A DNA stretch of 64,000 bases from Entomortierella parvispora E1425. Taxonomy: Eukaryota; Fungi; Mortierellomycota. Under the pieces are notes generated by a model. That model searched no databases. It was not told the DNA's origin and saw nothing but the letters and a program-made list of their open reading frames with translations. Shown piece after piece: positions 1 to 18,254 of this stretch. Every line of letters starts with the position of its first letter. Position 1 is the stretch's first letter. The position numbers and the translations under genes are program-made. Location: assembly GCA_020891255.1 (NCBI GenBank), contig BQFW01000012.1, forward strand, positions 1,116,001 to 1,180,000, read 5' to 3'.

Positions 1-1504
1 TTCAGTTTATTGCCTCGCCTGTCATTGGAAAGCTGTCGGATGTGCTCGGTCGTCGCCGTGTCCTTTTGATCTCAATGGTAAAAACAGGGAAAAAAAAAGG
101 GACCTGCAAATATTATTTTATTTTTGGGTTCTGCAATTAATTGACTGAATGATGATATATACTTTATCCTTTTCGTGGGAACTATAGCTGGGAAACCTGA
201 TTTCCTGTGGCGTCTGGTTGTTTTCTAGCTCGTTTGAGCTCTTTGTCCTGTCCAGAGTCATTGGAGGGTTGAGCGAGGGCAACGTCCAACTGTCGATTGC
301 CATGATTTCGGATATTACAACTCCAGCAACCCGGTCGCGAGGACTCGCCATGGTCGGCATTGCGTTTGCGATCGCATTCACGATCGGACCAGCTCTGGGA
401 GCTTACTTTGCCAACAAGGATCTCGTCGCCATGTTCCCAGGACTGGCTCAATATGGTCTGCACCCATTCTCAGGATCAGCCTTGCTGGCCCTGGTCCTGC
501 TGATGGTCGAGAGTTTGTATCTGTATATTCGATTGCCAGAGACAAACTCAGACAGCTGGAGAATGGCCGTCCAAGAATCTGTGAAGGCCGAAAAGAAAAA
601 GGACACGAGCAACGGCACCCCTGCGTCATCTCTTTCAACACCAGCAACGGGCGACGCAATTGCAGAAAAGGATCGTTTGGAGGCGGAAAGGATCGTGCAC
701 CTGCAACACTCGTACCTTGCCCGACTCTCGTTCACCCATTTCGCCCACTTGTTTCTCTTTTCCGGGATGGAATTCACACTGACGTTCTTGACGTTCCATC
801 TGTTTGATTTCAGTCATATGCAGCAGGGTGCTCTCCTTGGTTATATCGGTATCCTGTCCTCGTTGATCCAGGGTGGATACGTTCGCCGGGCTGCCCATCG
901 TGTCGGAGAAAAGAGGATGGTTATCCAAGGAATGATGGCCGCTTCAGTGGGATTGGGTTGCATTGCTCTGGTGTCTGGCGCTGGTGGATATAGCCACGCT
1001 CAGGTGATTCCAGATGCATCCTTCGGGCCTCTTCAATCGTTGCGGAGAGCCATCCAATGGTTGGACACACAGGAGGAATGGTCTAGAAAGACTCGTATGT
1101 GGGGCATCTATGCTGGAGCGACAGGATTGGCCATCACAAGCGCTACTGTCGTCAATTGCTTGACGAGTTTGGCTAGTTTAGTTTGCGACATGGGATCCGA
1201 TCATCCAACAGCCTTGTCATCCTCTGCAACTGAATCCTCTTCTTCATCCTCAGCCAGGAAAGTCCAGCCAATCGGAAAGGGCCTGGCATTAGGTCGTTTC
1301 CGATCCTGGGGACAGCTTGGACGCGCAGCAGGACCTATTGCCGCTTGTAGTTTGTACTGGCGCGTAGGCCCTCTGATATGTTACGGAACAGCATCGCTGG
1401 CAGTCGCAGCTGTTTGCATCCTTGCCGGCAAGGTTTTGCCCGAGGTACGAAAATTACCTATCCGGACTAGAGTCCAAACCGCATCAGCGAAAAAGGATCT
1501 ATAG
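1..1504 (+). CDS. MFS transporter, MFSD10/tetracycline-resistance-like (5' partial, begins before the window)
   Basis: Intron 78-187 (GTAAAA...ACTATAG) joins the upstream exon to LGNLISCGVWLFSSSFELFVLSRVIGGLSEGNVQLSIAMISDIT. Contains MFS motifs RSRGLAMVGIAFAIAFTIGPALG and GRFRSWGQLGRAAGP, and multiple hydrophobic helices. Stop TAG at 1502-1504. Confidence 0.85.
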
Positions 1505-1562
1505 AACCACAAGAAATATATATAATGTCGATTTTTTTTATTTGAGAGAGAGACAGACTGGT

Positions 1563-4500
1563 TTATTCATCAAGGCGGACAGTGCGGTGATGCAGCTTGG
1601 GCGGTTTGGCCAGGTCAGGCACGGCAATTTTAGTGGCAACTGCAGCATTTGTTGTTGCGTTGGTCAACGTGGTCGAGGTAAAGGCGCGCGCTTTACCACT
1701 GTTGTGGACATGAACTCCCGAGATGCTGATCCTTCTTTTTGAGGACACGCTGGCAGTGCCATCATCATCGATAGACTCCTGATGACTCTCTGATGTAAAC
1801 GTGGATGAAAATGTCGAATCCCTATCAATATCCATATCGATATCCACTCCGGCGTTGCTAATCTTATGGTGTCTTCTCTGTTTGCGGTTGAATCCAAACA
1901 GCTCACCTTCCTCATCCATCACGAAATCCTCGTCTGTAAGAGCAGCGTCTCCTCCGTTTGCTCGCTTCTTGACCTTTTTAGGGCGGTCCTGTCCATCTCC
2001 ATCATGACCGTTCTCCTGATCGATGCTGTCATCAGAGGAAGTGTTTCCTCCCCCGCCTCCAAAGAACGAAAACGTGAACGACATCCGATTCTGTTTCTTT
2101 CTATTGCGTTCTTGTTCCTGCTCGGCGGTGGGGGTGCTGTTACTTCTGGAGCGGGCTGTGGCCCTTGCAATGGCTTCCGCTGCCTCTCTAGCGCCCTTCG
2201 CAGTCGTCACGGGGGCTGGCATGTCCAGATGGAGATCGATCGTGTCCTCTGGTCCACCCATATGTGGGGGAGTCAGCTCGGGAGTCAACATATTTCGGAG
2301 GATGTGGAATGCAACATCCCTATTTAAAAAATTATTCATACCCGTATAAAGTTAGTAGGAAGCCCTGGGAATTACACAGGAAGCAAAGCGTAGGGTTCTA
2401 GTTGATTTACCTATTGCCCCAGTAGCGGAAGTGGCTTCTCATTCCCAAGAGATATTCGTTCGTGTATTGATCCACAGTTGTCTCCTGCAAGACGTGGTCT
2501 ATCCGGTACGGCACATCCGTCGGTCTTCCTTCCACCATGAGTTTTGGCCAAGCAGTCTTTCCTCGCTTCTTCTGTTTTTTGGTGCTGCTACTCTTTCTCT
2601 CCGTCACAGGGACGGAGGAAGTTGGTTCTGAGTCTGACACAATGTCATCAGATCGCACCATTGGTTCTTGAATGACATGGCACTGAGAACTACTATCTCT
2701 GGCCTTTTCTTCCGCTGTCAATCCTGCTTCCATGCCCAAAATATACTCCATCTGTGCGAGGGGTAAATCGCTAGCATCCGCGGGGGTGACCGCAGGGTTC
2801 AGGACCGACTCTTCTTCCAGGTGTGGCATCTTTCCACGTTCTAATGCAAGAGCCTTATCGATCAATTCTTGCTCATCCTCCACTCGACTGCTAATCCGGC
2901 GTGGACCCAAGCTTGGGCGCCGTCCAGACAATGTTCGAGCCGCGGCCGCGCGACGTTCACGCTCCGTATCTGAAGTGTTGGTTTCGGGTTGGTCCAAATA
3001 GGTGACGACGGCAGCGGCCGCAATGGCCTCCTGGACAGAAGCGTCATCGTCGCCCATGACCAGTGGAGATCCAACATATTTTTGGTGATGTCTCGATGGA
3101 GGGGCGCTTGCTTCGACATCTGATACGACATGATCTGTTGAGTCCAGGGACGCAGCCTCGGGTGCATCAGACTCATGTTGTGCGCCCACTACAGGCGTGC
3201 TAGTTCCAGTAGTACTAGTGCTCGACGACGACAGCCATCTTCCTGCCTTGAGAGACTGGGTCATTTGAGATAGGCTGGTTGTGAGTGAAGGAATCGAAGG
3301 TCGAGGCAAGGTTGGCACCCTGTTTTCCCAAAACGAGGACAATGATCCTGGAATCGATGGCAACGAAAGGGAAGGAAGTGAGAGGGATGGGAAGAGTTGT
3401 TGGGAAGCATTGTAAGGCGTGATTGTGACAGGAGGGATTCCGGCAAAGATGGGGTCAATCAAAGGTTCGATTCTGTATCCGAGAGGGTCGAATGGATGGA
3501 ACAGGTTGTGATGGATGATGTCCGCTGGAGGATGGAAAGTCTTCCAGTGGAGATTACGCATCACCAGTACGGCGCCGACTGGTGATCCAACGGTGAAGAG
3601 CTGATCAGGTCTGAATTTGAGTTTTGGCACATGGATGCGGAACTTTGGATCATCTTGTTTCCGGATCCTGGCTTTCTTTTCTGATGGCTGCTGAGATGCC
3701 TGATCTGTGGCGCTGTTCTTGTCCTTGTCCTTGCCATTGCTATCCTGCACAGGCTCTGTCCCTTCTTTGGTATCCTTGTTTTCCTCCTCGTCGTCGTCGT
3801 CAATGCAGGTCAAAATATCGTACATAGCCACTCCTCCGAGAGAGAGTGCGTAGATGGATATTTTGCCATTGAATCCAGGGTGTTTGGCGATGAATGTCTC
3901 GTAAGCCTCGTTGAGCTCAGTCACAATCATACGGATGATCTCTCCTCCATAGTGGTTGTTGAAGTCTAGGTCCCGGCATAATATCAGAGAGCAAATATTC
4001 GTTAATTATCAGCCGAGAGCCCCTCGGAACTTGCCATATCCAATCTCTCCCGTTCTCCCGCCAAGTTTAAACCTTTCAAGATACTTACAGTAGAGAATGT
4101 CGGCAAAATAGTCGTTCATGACCAAGCGGACTACGTGGAGGGGATTCACGACGAGTGAAGAAAGGATTGCGTCAGTTAATGGCTATTTTCCTTCATTGTC
4201 TTTATAGAACACTGGTTTAATCTACAGTACCTTTGGGCACTGTCCGCAAGCTGGCCAGAGACATGCGTTCGTCGACCATGTTGTGCAACTTTGCATGCCA
4301 CTCTGTTGGGATGATGTGCACGTCCGTCTTGAGTTCTTGGAACTGGTTCTGCAGCACCGCCTTTGTATGCTCGACCAAATAGCCCACTGAGGAATACACG
4401 GCAGATCAAGGTTAGTCAATGTTGAGTAGAACGTTCCACCCATGCAGCTGTATGTCGATCACAGGATCGCAAGGTCGGTGGATCACAGAAAGAATACTGG

Positions 4501-4958
4501 CCCGATCTCCTTACCGTTGCGTTCATAGTTGCCAAACTCGGGTTCAAGCTGGCGACCCATTCCGTGGACAACAAAGATGACATGGTGGGCTATGTTTCAT
4601 AATGCATGCATGAAGAGAAACGAAAGGGCGGAAAACAGGAATCTTGTTGAGTTTGTCAATCCAGAGACTTTTTTTTTTTTTTTTGTGGTGTCGTTCTAGT
4701 GGTGTAGCTGTGTTGCGTGTGGCAGGATGATGGTAGATCGTTCTCCTTACGGTATTTGTCTGCCTGGAATGGCTCCGAGGAGAAGGAGGCTGAGGTCGAC
4801 GAGGGTGCAGCAGGTGTTTCGGAGGAAGAGACAAAGGTGGGTGCTAGAGCTGGCACAGGCGCTGGTGGAGGAGGAGTGGGCTCGGACGAGGAAGTTTCCG
4901 GTGCAGGAGTGGCCATGACACTATCTTTATCCTGTGGGGGAACAGGGTCTGTGGACAT
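1563..4958 (-). CDS. DDHD-domain intracellular phospholipase A1 (DDHD1/2, yeast Ddl1-like), multi-exon
   Basis: ATG at 4958 (MSTDPVPPQ); exon 1 ends at 4751 (GTAAGG donor). Spliced motifs: HHVIFVVHGMG, lipase elbow IYALSLGG, and DDHD motifs NLFHPFDPLGYRIEP, RIDHVLQE and SHFRYWGNR|DVAFHIL. The final exon runs to the stop at 1563. Confidence 0.9.
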
Positions 4959-5474
4959 GCTGGAGGAAAGGTATGTATGTCCGCGCGTGTCCAAGGTTGT
5001 GCAAGGGTTGCGTGCGTGTCCGTGTCTGTGTCCAGCAGGAAGATTGTTTAGCCCTTCCCAGATGCAGAGAAGAGGGAAGAGAGGGGAGCAAAGATTGATT
5101 GAGAAAGGTGAATCGAATGAGAGTGAGGATGAAGGAGAGAATGAAAGGATGAGGGTAAAGATGAGGAATGGACAGAAGAGGAGTAAAGAATAGATAGAGC
5201 AGAGAGGGACACGCCCCTTTGGCCCTCTTCCGACAGCCACGATCGATCCGCCTCTTGAATTGCGCCTTTGGGAGAACAGTCTTTCCGCCGAGGATGGATT
5301 CACAGACAAGCAGAAACACGGGCTGTGCCCGTCGCTTCAGTCGTTCACTCGTAAGCACATGTCATCCCTTCCGTGGGAGACTGAGAACGAAAGAGGGCCC
5401 ATTATTATTCCGATTGTGTGTGTGAGAGCAGGCATCATTTTCATTGTAGACATAGTTATCTTCTATCTCACTCA

Positions 5475-8100
5475 CTACGAAGAATGCTGCAGCACATAGC
5501 GGATGCCAACAGCCAGCAATGGCAGCGCAATTACGTTCAGTGCCGAAGGCGACAAATAGTCCAGCATCGCCCTCGACCGCAATGGGAACCGCAAACTTTG
5601 CCCCCCTCCCCGGGCCTTCTCAATCTTGGCGGCTGCTGACAACGAGGATGAGGATGAGGAAGCCGAGGCTGAGGATCCAATCTTTGGTCTTTCTTCACCG
5701 TTGGTCTTTTCTATTTCCTCCTCCTCCGCATCTGAGTCCAGCGTCAGCTCTGAGGGGAACTTGCCCTTGGTATAAAACTCCTCCATGAGCTCATCCTTCT
5801 CTTGCCAACGAGCCCGGACCCACTCTACAAACTCGGGTTCTGTCTCTGGAATCTCCTTGAGCGCAAATCGTCGGAGATGCATATTGATCTCCTTAGGCTG
5901 GGCCTTGTTCAAGTACAGTCCTGGAAGGGGGTACAGTTCCTGGGGAACCTCTCCGTAATGGATGCCAGAGTAACCCACAGTCGCGTCATACAAATATTCC
6001 ACCGATCCTCGCAGCTTGTTGATGCAGACAAACAACCCGCTTGTTCTGGGCAGCAACACATGTCGGTGGTCTTTCTATGATCATCTCGGCCAAAACAAAG
6101 TCGATACAAAAGGCAAACAAGGTTAGCCAAATACACGACGAAAGGAGGGAGGGAGGGAATTGCACAATGCGCAGCCTTGGCCCCATACTGCCAAAAGACA
6201 ACAAGGAAAAAAGAGAAATGTCGCGGTCGCTTACAAGTCCAGCCTTCTCTGCAAATGCAGTCGATCGTTTGCGAGTGCCCTTGGAGACAACGGTGCCTTC
6301 AGGAAAAACAACGAGCCAAAGTGGATCCTTTTTGTTGACGCGATCCAAATTCTCTTCAATTGCACGCTTGTCATGGGCCCAGTCATTACGCTTCAGGAGA
6401 ATAAAGTCGAAAAACCGCATACCCTATTGACAGCAATGGAAAAAAAAAGAATAAGGGGGGAGAGGGGTGTTAGTTTTTTTCTTTTTCTTCTTTTTTCATC
6501 CAATGCCCCCAGGTCCAGTGCATACAAGTACTACTTACCCTAGAAGCAGGATCAGGAATTGATCGGTACAAACAATCATTGTAAGGTAGAGATACAAGTT
6601 AGAGGTCATTCCTTCTTAACCATCACCTTTTTGTTCGTCCCACAAGAGACAGCGAAGCGGGGGACGAGGCACAGCTTGGCTCGTGCTCATGCAATGTTGT
6701 GCGCCCGTGCCAGGCTTGGCATGTCCCTGACTGTCTGTCACTCTGCCCCAGAATATTTCTTTCGTTGTGTCAAAATTACCATCCAAAGACTGGAATCCAC
6801 GTAAGGTCGCCCCTGAGGATGATCTTGAGGGCCCTGTGTTTCTCTGCAAAGTAGGAGAAGCACCACAGATACATCCAGTCAGAGTAGATCTATCCAAAAG
6901 TGTGGTCAAAGGAAAGACTCGTCAGTCGTCAGTTATTCGTCCGTCTCGTCCTTGTCAGCGATCTTTACTTTTGATCACCTGCTGGCTCGTTTCCCCCACC
7001 CCCTTTTTGTACTGTTCTCCAACAGTCAGCTTCGCTCCTCCTATCTTTTGACAGACCATCACACCACCACAGAACCATCCTCCGCACGCCAGTTCCATTG
7101 TTCATTGAACTCCCTGTCAGGTGCCCCAAAGTCCAATTGACACGCGTACCTGGTGGTTGGAAATGAAGATCATTCTCTCAGGCATATCCAGAACCGTTTG
7201 CTGGTGTTCCTCTGTCTTTGCTTTGTTCAGGATGCCTCTGATACTGGCATCACCAGTCAACACAAAGTCCGATGGCGCAAAAAGCTGGTTCATTTTAAGT
7301 AAGAATGCTCCAAAATGGCCTTCAGTCCTGTTGATATGACGTCTGTACACTCCAGGCGCCAGGATGGCCAGGGGTAACGAGAGAATCTGGGTCATTGAGA
7401 TCAAGGAGGCGCCCAGGTTGAAGTACAGGACCCAGAAGAAGGCTCGTACGCCCTTGTAGACAGGGTTCATCTTGGGTCCAAGGACACGAGGCCGAGTCGC
7501 CTTCTCCTTTTCCTTGACCTCCAGCTTGGGAGAATCAAGTTTGGGTGAGCCGAGACCAGCAGAGGACGAGTCTGCAGACGGGAACCCTTTGGAAGAAGAA
7601 GTGGGAGAAGAAGGAGTGAGTGGCCTCTGGTGCAGAGTCGAGGCAGGATCCAGTTTGGCAACAGTCATGGCGTCTGCGACCGACTGGGAAGTCGTGGTGG
7701 AGGTAGAAGTAGAAGTAGTGAGGGTGGAGGTGGAGGAGGCAGGGAGCGTGCCAGCAGTGGCGAGAGGGGTTGAGCCGAGAGAGGGGTGGTCCTTGTCAGC
7801 CGAGTTTGAAGAAAGTGAGGAAAAAGAAGAGAGTGAGGACAAGGAAGTGGAGGGGGAAGTGGAGAAGGAAGGGGCGGATGTGACTGTGGGTGCGAGCACG
7901 GTCAGCGGTGGGCGGTGCATGGACGTCGTCACAGGCGAAGGCCCCGCAAGACAGGTGGGTGAGCCAGGGGGGGACGAGGCTGGCGACGAAAGCGGTGACA
8001 GCGACGACGACAGCCGCGGAACAAGGGCGGCAGGCCGGGGGGAGGAGCGGGGATCGTCTTCGTTGACGCAGCTGTCTCTGTCTCCTGTGGGGGCCGACAT
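5475..8100 (-). CDS. Lysophospholipid acyltransferase, LCLAT1(ALCAT1/LYCAT)/CST26-like, with Ser/Thr-rich N-terminal extension
   Basis: Exon 8100-7150 ends ISNHQ and exon 6889-6780 begins IYSDWMYLW, giving NHQIYSDW (HX4D motif). Also KIILRGDLTWIPVFGW|GMRFFDFILLKRNDW, PLWLVVFPEGT, LLPRTSGLFVC and YDATVGY. Confidence 0.9.
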
Positions 8101-8278
8101 GGGACGGAGAGGGGTGGGAGATCAGATGGATGAGAGAGAGAGAAGATGGATGGATTGGATCCGGAGGATGTGGATGGCCCCTTTTGTCAAGGATAAAAAA
8201 CTAAAAAACTCTTTTATTTTACACTGGATTTTTGGTTTCATAGGTGGGTGGATCAGGAATGTGTCGCCTTTCTCCTTT

Positions 8279-12307
<4,029 letters not shown>

Positions 12308-14038
12308 CCTGTTTTACTCGCTCTCCGTCGGTTGAGGTCTATGTGTATTCGCCTAGCGTTGCCCACTTGCCTCCTTGTTTGTATGTGTGTTTTGTTGGAT
12401 TGGTCTCTCTGTCAAAAAGATAGGTGGGATGGACGGTCGGGAGAGGACAGAGGGTGACGGCAAGGTAAAAAAGACAATGAAAGCTAAAATGAAAAGGGTG
12501 TGTTCTTTGTGGGATGCACAAAGGAAGAAGGGGGGAGCGAGGAAAGAAGAAAAGAAAGAAAGCTGAGAGCAAGAGATGAGGATGGGCACACAACACGCGC
12601 ACGGAGAACAAGAGCAGGGGTAATGTTATTGTTCTGGTCGCGAGGATTGATTACAAAAGAAAGCAGGTGTGTGTATGTGTGTGTTTGTAGTTTTGTGAAT
12701 AGAAAACGGAATGTTGCTGGCGACCCACAAGGGGGAACAGGTATCTGTTGCGGGGTTATGGGATGAGATGTGGGGATTGGATATGGTCACGAAACTGGGC
12801 CAAAGGAAATGATCCTGTTGTCAGGAGAAAAAAGGGCGAAAGAGAGAGAGTGAAGAAGGGAGAGAGGGAGGAAGGGAGAAAGAGAGGTTACAGAAGGAAA
12901 AAGGAGGGATTGGCAGAGAAGATAAGATGAGACGATGAGGGTGGCCGCGAGAGAGAGAGAAGAAAGAGGAAAGAGAGAAAAGAGGAAGAAGAGGGGAAGG
13001 AGAGAGGGAGGAAGGTCGACGGTGAGAAAAGAGGGGTAGTGCGATGCTGTCCAAGAGGAGAGACGGGGAGGCCTTTGCTTGAGCCGAGGTGTTGGCAAGG
13101 GAGCAAAGGCCCGATTGAACCTTGGCCACCATGGCCGCCCATGCAGTCCTGCTGTTGCTGTTGCTGTTGTAAAAACGCAGCCGCATTCTGCACTTCTCCG
13201 CTGGGGCGACAATCCCGCTGAGCCTTTTGCCATGCAAATATGCCAATGCCATGCTTTCTTATCCTTTTGGCTCCCCCTCTGGCCCAACCACAACCACAAC
13301 CACACCCAAGGACCAGAGGCTAACATGTCATGGCGTACCTTGCGGACCACGGCGAGCAACAAACAAAGGGCGACCATGTCAGTGTCCAAGACACGACATG
13401 TCAATAGAATATGAAAGGGGGTGCATGCACAATGCATAAAAAAGGGGATGAATGGCTGCACACAAGGGTTGGGGGAGCAGCACAGGCGCACTCTTCCAGT
13501 GGACGGGAAGAAAAAAGACCTTTTCGTTTGCAGACGCGTGATGTCACGGGCATGGTGCTCAAACTATCAAAAACGATAGTTCAGTCTGGGTCTTGCCAAA
13601 GTGCATGGATTTTCATTTTCTCCAGGCGAATCGCATTAGTCAGTTTACGTCGGGTCAGCGAGATGCATTATGGGAGAGGACGGAGACAAAAGAAGAACAA
13701 AGAAATAAACATAGGTTGTTCTTATGACGAAAACCACGGTCAATGGTCAATGGTCAAAGAATCGAGCGGATGGTAAGGGGAAGTTGGCACAACGATCATC
13801 CATTGCTCTCAGGTTCCTTTTTTCTTTTTTGCATTTCATCAAAAGCCCCCTACCCGCACGAATTCATGCTGTGCAACCAAAAAAACGTTTTTTTTTTTTA
13901 AAAAAAATCATTTATTACTGTACTGTATTGTGATGAAGGGACAAGATAAAATGCACCCGTTGTCATTCTATTTTGGTGAAAAGGCTATGTAAAAAAATGG
14001 TGGTGTCATAATAGGGCAAATAAACAAAAAGAGCTGAT

Positions 14039-16858
14039 CTATGACCAGACATCCTCCTCGTAACGACCACGACCACGCAATTCCTTGACATAGGTGGTGG
14101 CCTTTTCCTCAGTCATCTCTCCACAAGTCATGGCGATCTCGATCAATTTGTGGTTCACCTCACGCGCCATGTTCCTGGCATCACCGCAGACGTAGAGGTA
14201 TCCTCCTTGTTTGTGGATCAGATCCCAGATGAGCTCCTTGTGCTCTGTCATGCGATGCTGAACATAAGTCTTGGGAACACCAGGCTGTCGCGAAAAAGCA
14301 GTGATGATCTTCGCGCCTTCAATATCCTTCATCAGCTCAGGCCACTCATCCTTGTACAGGTAATCTTCATCCTCGCGACGGCAGCCAAAGAAAAGGACGG
14401 TAGCTCCGACCTTCTTGCCATTCTTAACATCCTGGGCACGGTCCTGGATGAAGCCGCGGAAAGGAGCAACACCAGTTCCGGGTCCAATCATCACGATGGG
14501 CAAAGCAGAGTTACGGGGCAGCTTGAAGTTGGAGTGGCGGACATGAACGGGAACTTTGACACCACGTTCGCCAAGCAAATGGCTACCCTTGGGTCCTGAA
14601 ATCTCGTACTTGGGCACGATACCACCGATCTGGTTGATGTGTCCATGGCAGTTGTGCAAAAAGTTTGTGGCCAATCCATAGACGGTCTCTTCGGGTGCAA
14701 CATCAGGCTTGTAGTCGAGAACAACAGCAGTCAGGTGAATTGAGGTAGGGTGAGCCTTGGCAGAGGACGAGATGGAGTAATAGCGAGCCTGAAGACGAGG
14801 AACGGATTCAATAAGCAAGTCAAAGGGGATCTCCATGGTCTGGCCGACACCCAAAATCTTTTCCAAGACAGTTGCCAAGCTGCGACGAGCATCGGCGACG
14901 TGAATTCTGAAGGCCTCCTTGTCCTGACCCCAGAGGGCAAAGAGCTTGGAGGCTTCTTCCGAGGGAGCAAAAGGGGTCAGCTGACCAATGAAGGCACGCG
15001 AGGGAGGAGCAGTGATATCGACGTAGTTGCGGAGGACGGTGCGGTACGTAGTAGGCACGGGAAAAGGGAGCTTGGTGGATGCGGGATCTGTGTTGGAGAC
15101 GGTGATAACGGTGTCAAGCTTCTCAGTCAAACCAAGGACCAGGGCGAGCTTGCTGACTTCCTTATCAGCATTGACCGGCCAGACAGCAACGTGATCACCA
15201 GCCTGGTAAGTAATACCGGATCCAGAGATGTCAACCTCCATGTGCAAGCAGTGACGATCGGCAGAAGCAGTGAAAAGTTCACGAGAGACAGAGATCGGGG
15301 CAGAGTAAGGGTTCTTAGAGTCATAGGTGGGTCGACTATTAAGAGAGTAACATGAGATAATAATTAGAATCTGGAATTATCATGGCAGGGGAGGGCCGTA
15401 TAACAGGCTGAGGATGATAACTTACGAGCCGAGCATGAACTTGGGTTCCTGGTGTTCGCCGTGGTAGACCTTCTTAAGCTCGGCGACCTCTTCATCCGTA
15501 TGTTCCTGGATCTTGTACGTGGCTTGGCGGGGACCAGAGTTACCAGCGAGGAAATCGATGCCCATGAAGTCGCACACAGACTTCCACATGTCATCCTTCC
15601 AGCTCAAAAAGTCCTCCTCAAGCGAGCCGTCATCATCACCCTCACCACGCTCGCCGATACGGCTGGCACCGAGATTGCAAAGTTTCTCCTCGACGCGTCT
15701 GCAAACAGAATTGTAGTGCTCATAGGTCTTGTTACCGAGTCCAAACATAACAAAGTGCAAGTTGGTCAATGGTTTCTCAGCATCTTCGTAGTCTCCAACT
15801 GAGAACTCAGGCACATCCTCGCCCGAGACCAGATGCTCCCAAAATTCGACGGCATTATCGGTGGGCTCGCCCTCACCATACGTAGCGAGGACAAAGACGG
15901 CAAGATGATCGGCAGGCAGGGTATCGAGAAGATTCATATCGTAATCCTCCAAATCGGCAGTCATGGTCTTGAGGTTGTAGCGCTGGGTACCCTCCTTGGC
16001 AAGGCGTGCGGCATAGTCTTCGGCGGTTCCAGTTTGCGACCCATAGAAGAAGATGACGGATTTGTCCTATGAAAGAAGCGGGAAGAATTAGTCGTGGATC
16101 AAAGACATTGTGGTGTGGCGCGCCGTGCGTGTGCAGTGAGAGAGATGGGGCAGAAGGGTGAATCGGGCTCGCGGCTGTTCAAATGTGAAGCTCTGCGACC
16201 CCTGGAATCCAGAAAGAAAGCAAAGTAAAATAGAGTGCAAGAAGGATCGGGTCGGCTGCTATATGTATCTGTTTGGGATGCGATGTGGAGCGGGCGGATC
16301 GGAGGCTCTTCTTCGTTCTTCTCGGGTTGACCCTTTGAGGCGATCCTTGTCTGTGTCCCTGGGGCCGATCGGGTGATCCACTTCGCTCTCTTTACTATCA
16401 CTTTCTGCCACATATTCTTTTCTGTTGGCTATGCCCATGGTTCGCCATTTCAGGGATCATTGAAATGTCCCTTCACCCTTCCTCATGGACATTGGTGCTC
16501 TCCTGTTCTTTCCTGTCCTTTTCTTCTATCTTGATGCATTGTAGTCCGACACTGTGTGCTCTGTATGGTATGTGTGAATGTAGAGGGTGCCAACAAAAAC
16601 GGCGAATCAAATCTCGAGCTCGAGCTTTCTTACCGTCTCCTTCATCTTTTGCACAAAGTCGCGGGTCTTCTTGGCAACCTTGTTGATCTTGAGGGCAGGG
16701 GCATTGGGCTTTTGCATGGGCACGAGCGGTTGCTTTGTGGTAGAAAAGGACTTTAGAGATGATCCCAGGAGCCTGTCCTTGAACCAGTAGATGCCTGATC
16801 CCACAAGGACGGCGCCGAGGATGGCGATGTCGAGGGTGTCGATGGCAGCGTCAGCCAT
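14039..16858 (-). CDS. NCP1: NADPH-cytochrome P450 reductase
   Basis: N-terminal membrane anchor (MADAAIDTLDIAILGAVLVGSGIYWF); intron 16633-16067. FMN motifs FFYGSQTGTAE, ATYGEGEPTDNA and FGLGNKTYEHYN; FAD/NADPH motifs RYYSISSS, MIGPGTGVAPFRGF and YVCGDA; C-terminal EDVWS. Confidence 0.97.
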
Positions 16859-18254
16859 GGTGAAAGAGCGCTGATAAGGAAACGTAGGGGAGGTGAAGGG
16901 AAAGAGGGAGAAAAAAAAAGAAAAAAAAAAAAAGGCTGATGGAAAGAGCCCCTGGAGGGAAGAGAAGGAAGAAAGTGAATGGAGTGAAGAGAGGAGAAAG
17001 AGAGAAAAGGAAGGTGAGAGATGAGCTTTGCTTTTATCAAAGAGAGAGAAAGGGAAAAAGGAACACCTCGCATTCTTTAATCCCCGCCTGGCTTGCTGAG
17101 TGGTGGCATGATTCTCCCTTCCCTTGTGGGAGTTGGCTGATCTGATAAGTGTACGTGGGCTGGGCAAATGGGCTTGGTCCCCCCTGGTCTTATTCTGGGC
17201 ATCACCGAGACCGGGCGCCGTTCTTCCCTTCCTGCCTTTTCTCGTCTCTAGTGGATGGCAGAACCCAGTTCCGCCAAAAGTCGACTCGATGAAGGAACGT
17301 CTGCCAGTCGCCCTCACCCCACCCTTTTTTTGTTTTTTTTCCCTTGACTGGAGCAAAAGTGCCAGGCACACACACAGGCAAGCGGCAAGCCCTGCCATGT
17401 GAAATGCTTTGATTTTCGTTGGCGTGTTGCCCCTAGTTTGCGTTCATTCTTGTTTGCTTGCTTTTCTTGGACACAATCCTCCAGCCTGCCAAATCTGCAT
17501 CCGATCAGCACCACGGACACGTCAGTCGAGTCGGGTGTCTGTGTGCAGCCACCCTCCTCTTCCTCCCCACTCTCCTCGATATAAATGTTTTCTTTTGCAC
17601 ACGGTCCTTTGCTTGGGTTTCCTCCTTTTTCTCTCTTGTCTTTTTTTTCTGTCAATAAGTTGTCGGTTGAAGTGACAAATCCTGTTTGTCCATTATTCAT
17701 AACAAGGAATTGCCACGTCTCTTCACTCCGCACTCCTCCCCTCCCCCACATGTGGTGCTCTTTGCGAATTACACTTTCCCAACGGGTTCTAGGGGCCTGA
17801 ACACCTTGCCCTCAAAGAACAATCCTTGGGTGGTCAAATGCACTCATTTCTTGGCAATTGGGGGTGATCCCCTACTCTTTACTTCTCTTCCGCCTCCCCT
17901 CCAGCACTCCAGCACTTCAACACAACCAATTAATCATATGAACAAAAAAAACAAACGATTCTTGGCACAGCCGATCACAAACGTCAACTTGAATTCGGGA
18001 CAGGACGTTCCGATGCTTTATCATCATCAATTTTTCATACAAATGTTGTGCCTACTACATATTTTTCCTGACGAGTGGGACGTGCCATTTAGGCGTTTAT
18101 GAGCAATGAATTGCGGTGTGCAACGTGGCTGCGATGAAGATTAACAGCTAGGCAATATGGGAACGAAAGTCGATGTATTTGGAAGGAAGGGTGGCAGGGT
18201 GGCATGCAGAATGGAAACAGAGCAAATCGAGGCATGAATTCATGGAAAAACAAT

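Noticed and set aside
3820-3860. DDHD lipase elbow reads ALSLG rather than GHSLG
   Set aside because: The catalytic Ser is retained and AxSxG variants are known in active lipases; no evidence of inactivation.
12339-13933. Many 60-230 aa ORFs in the purine/pyrimidine-rich gap upstream of the PX kinase
   Set aside because: They translate low-complexity GA/CT tracts typical of promoter or 5' UTR regions here; no domains.
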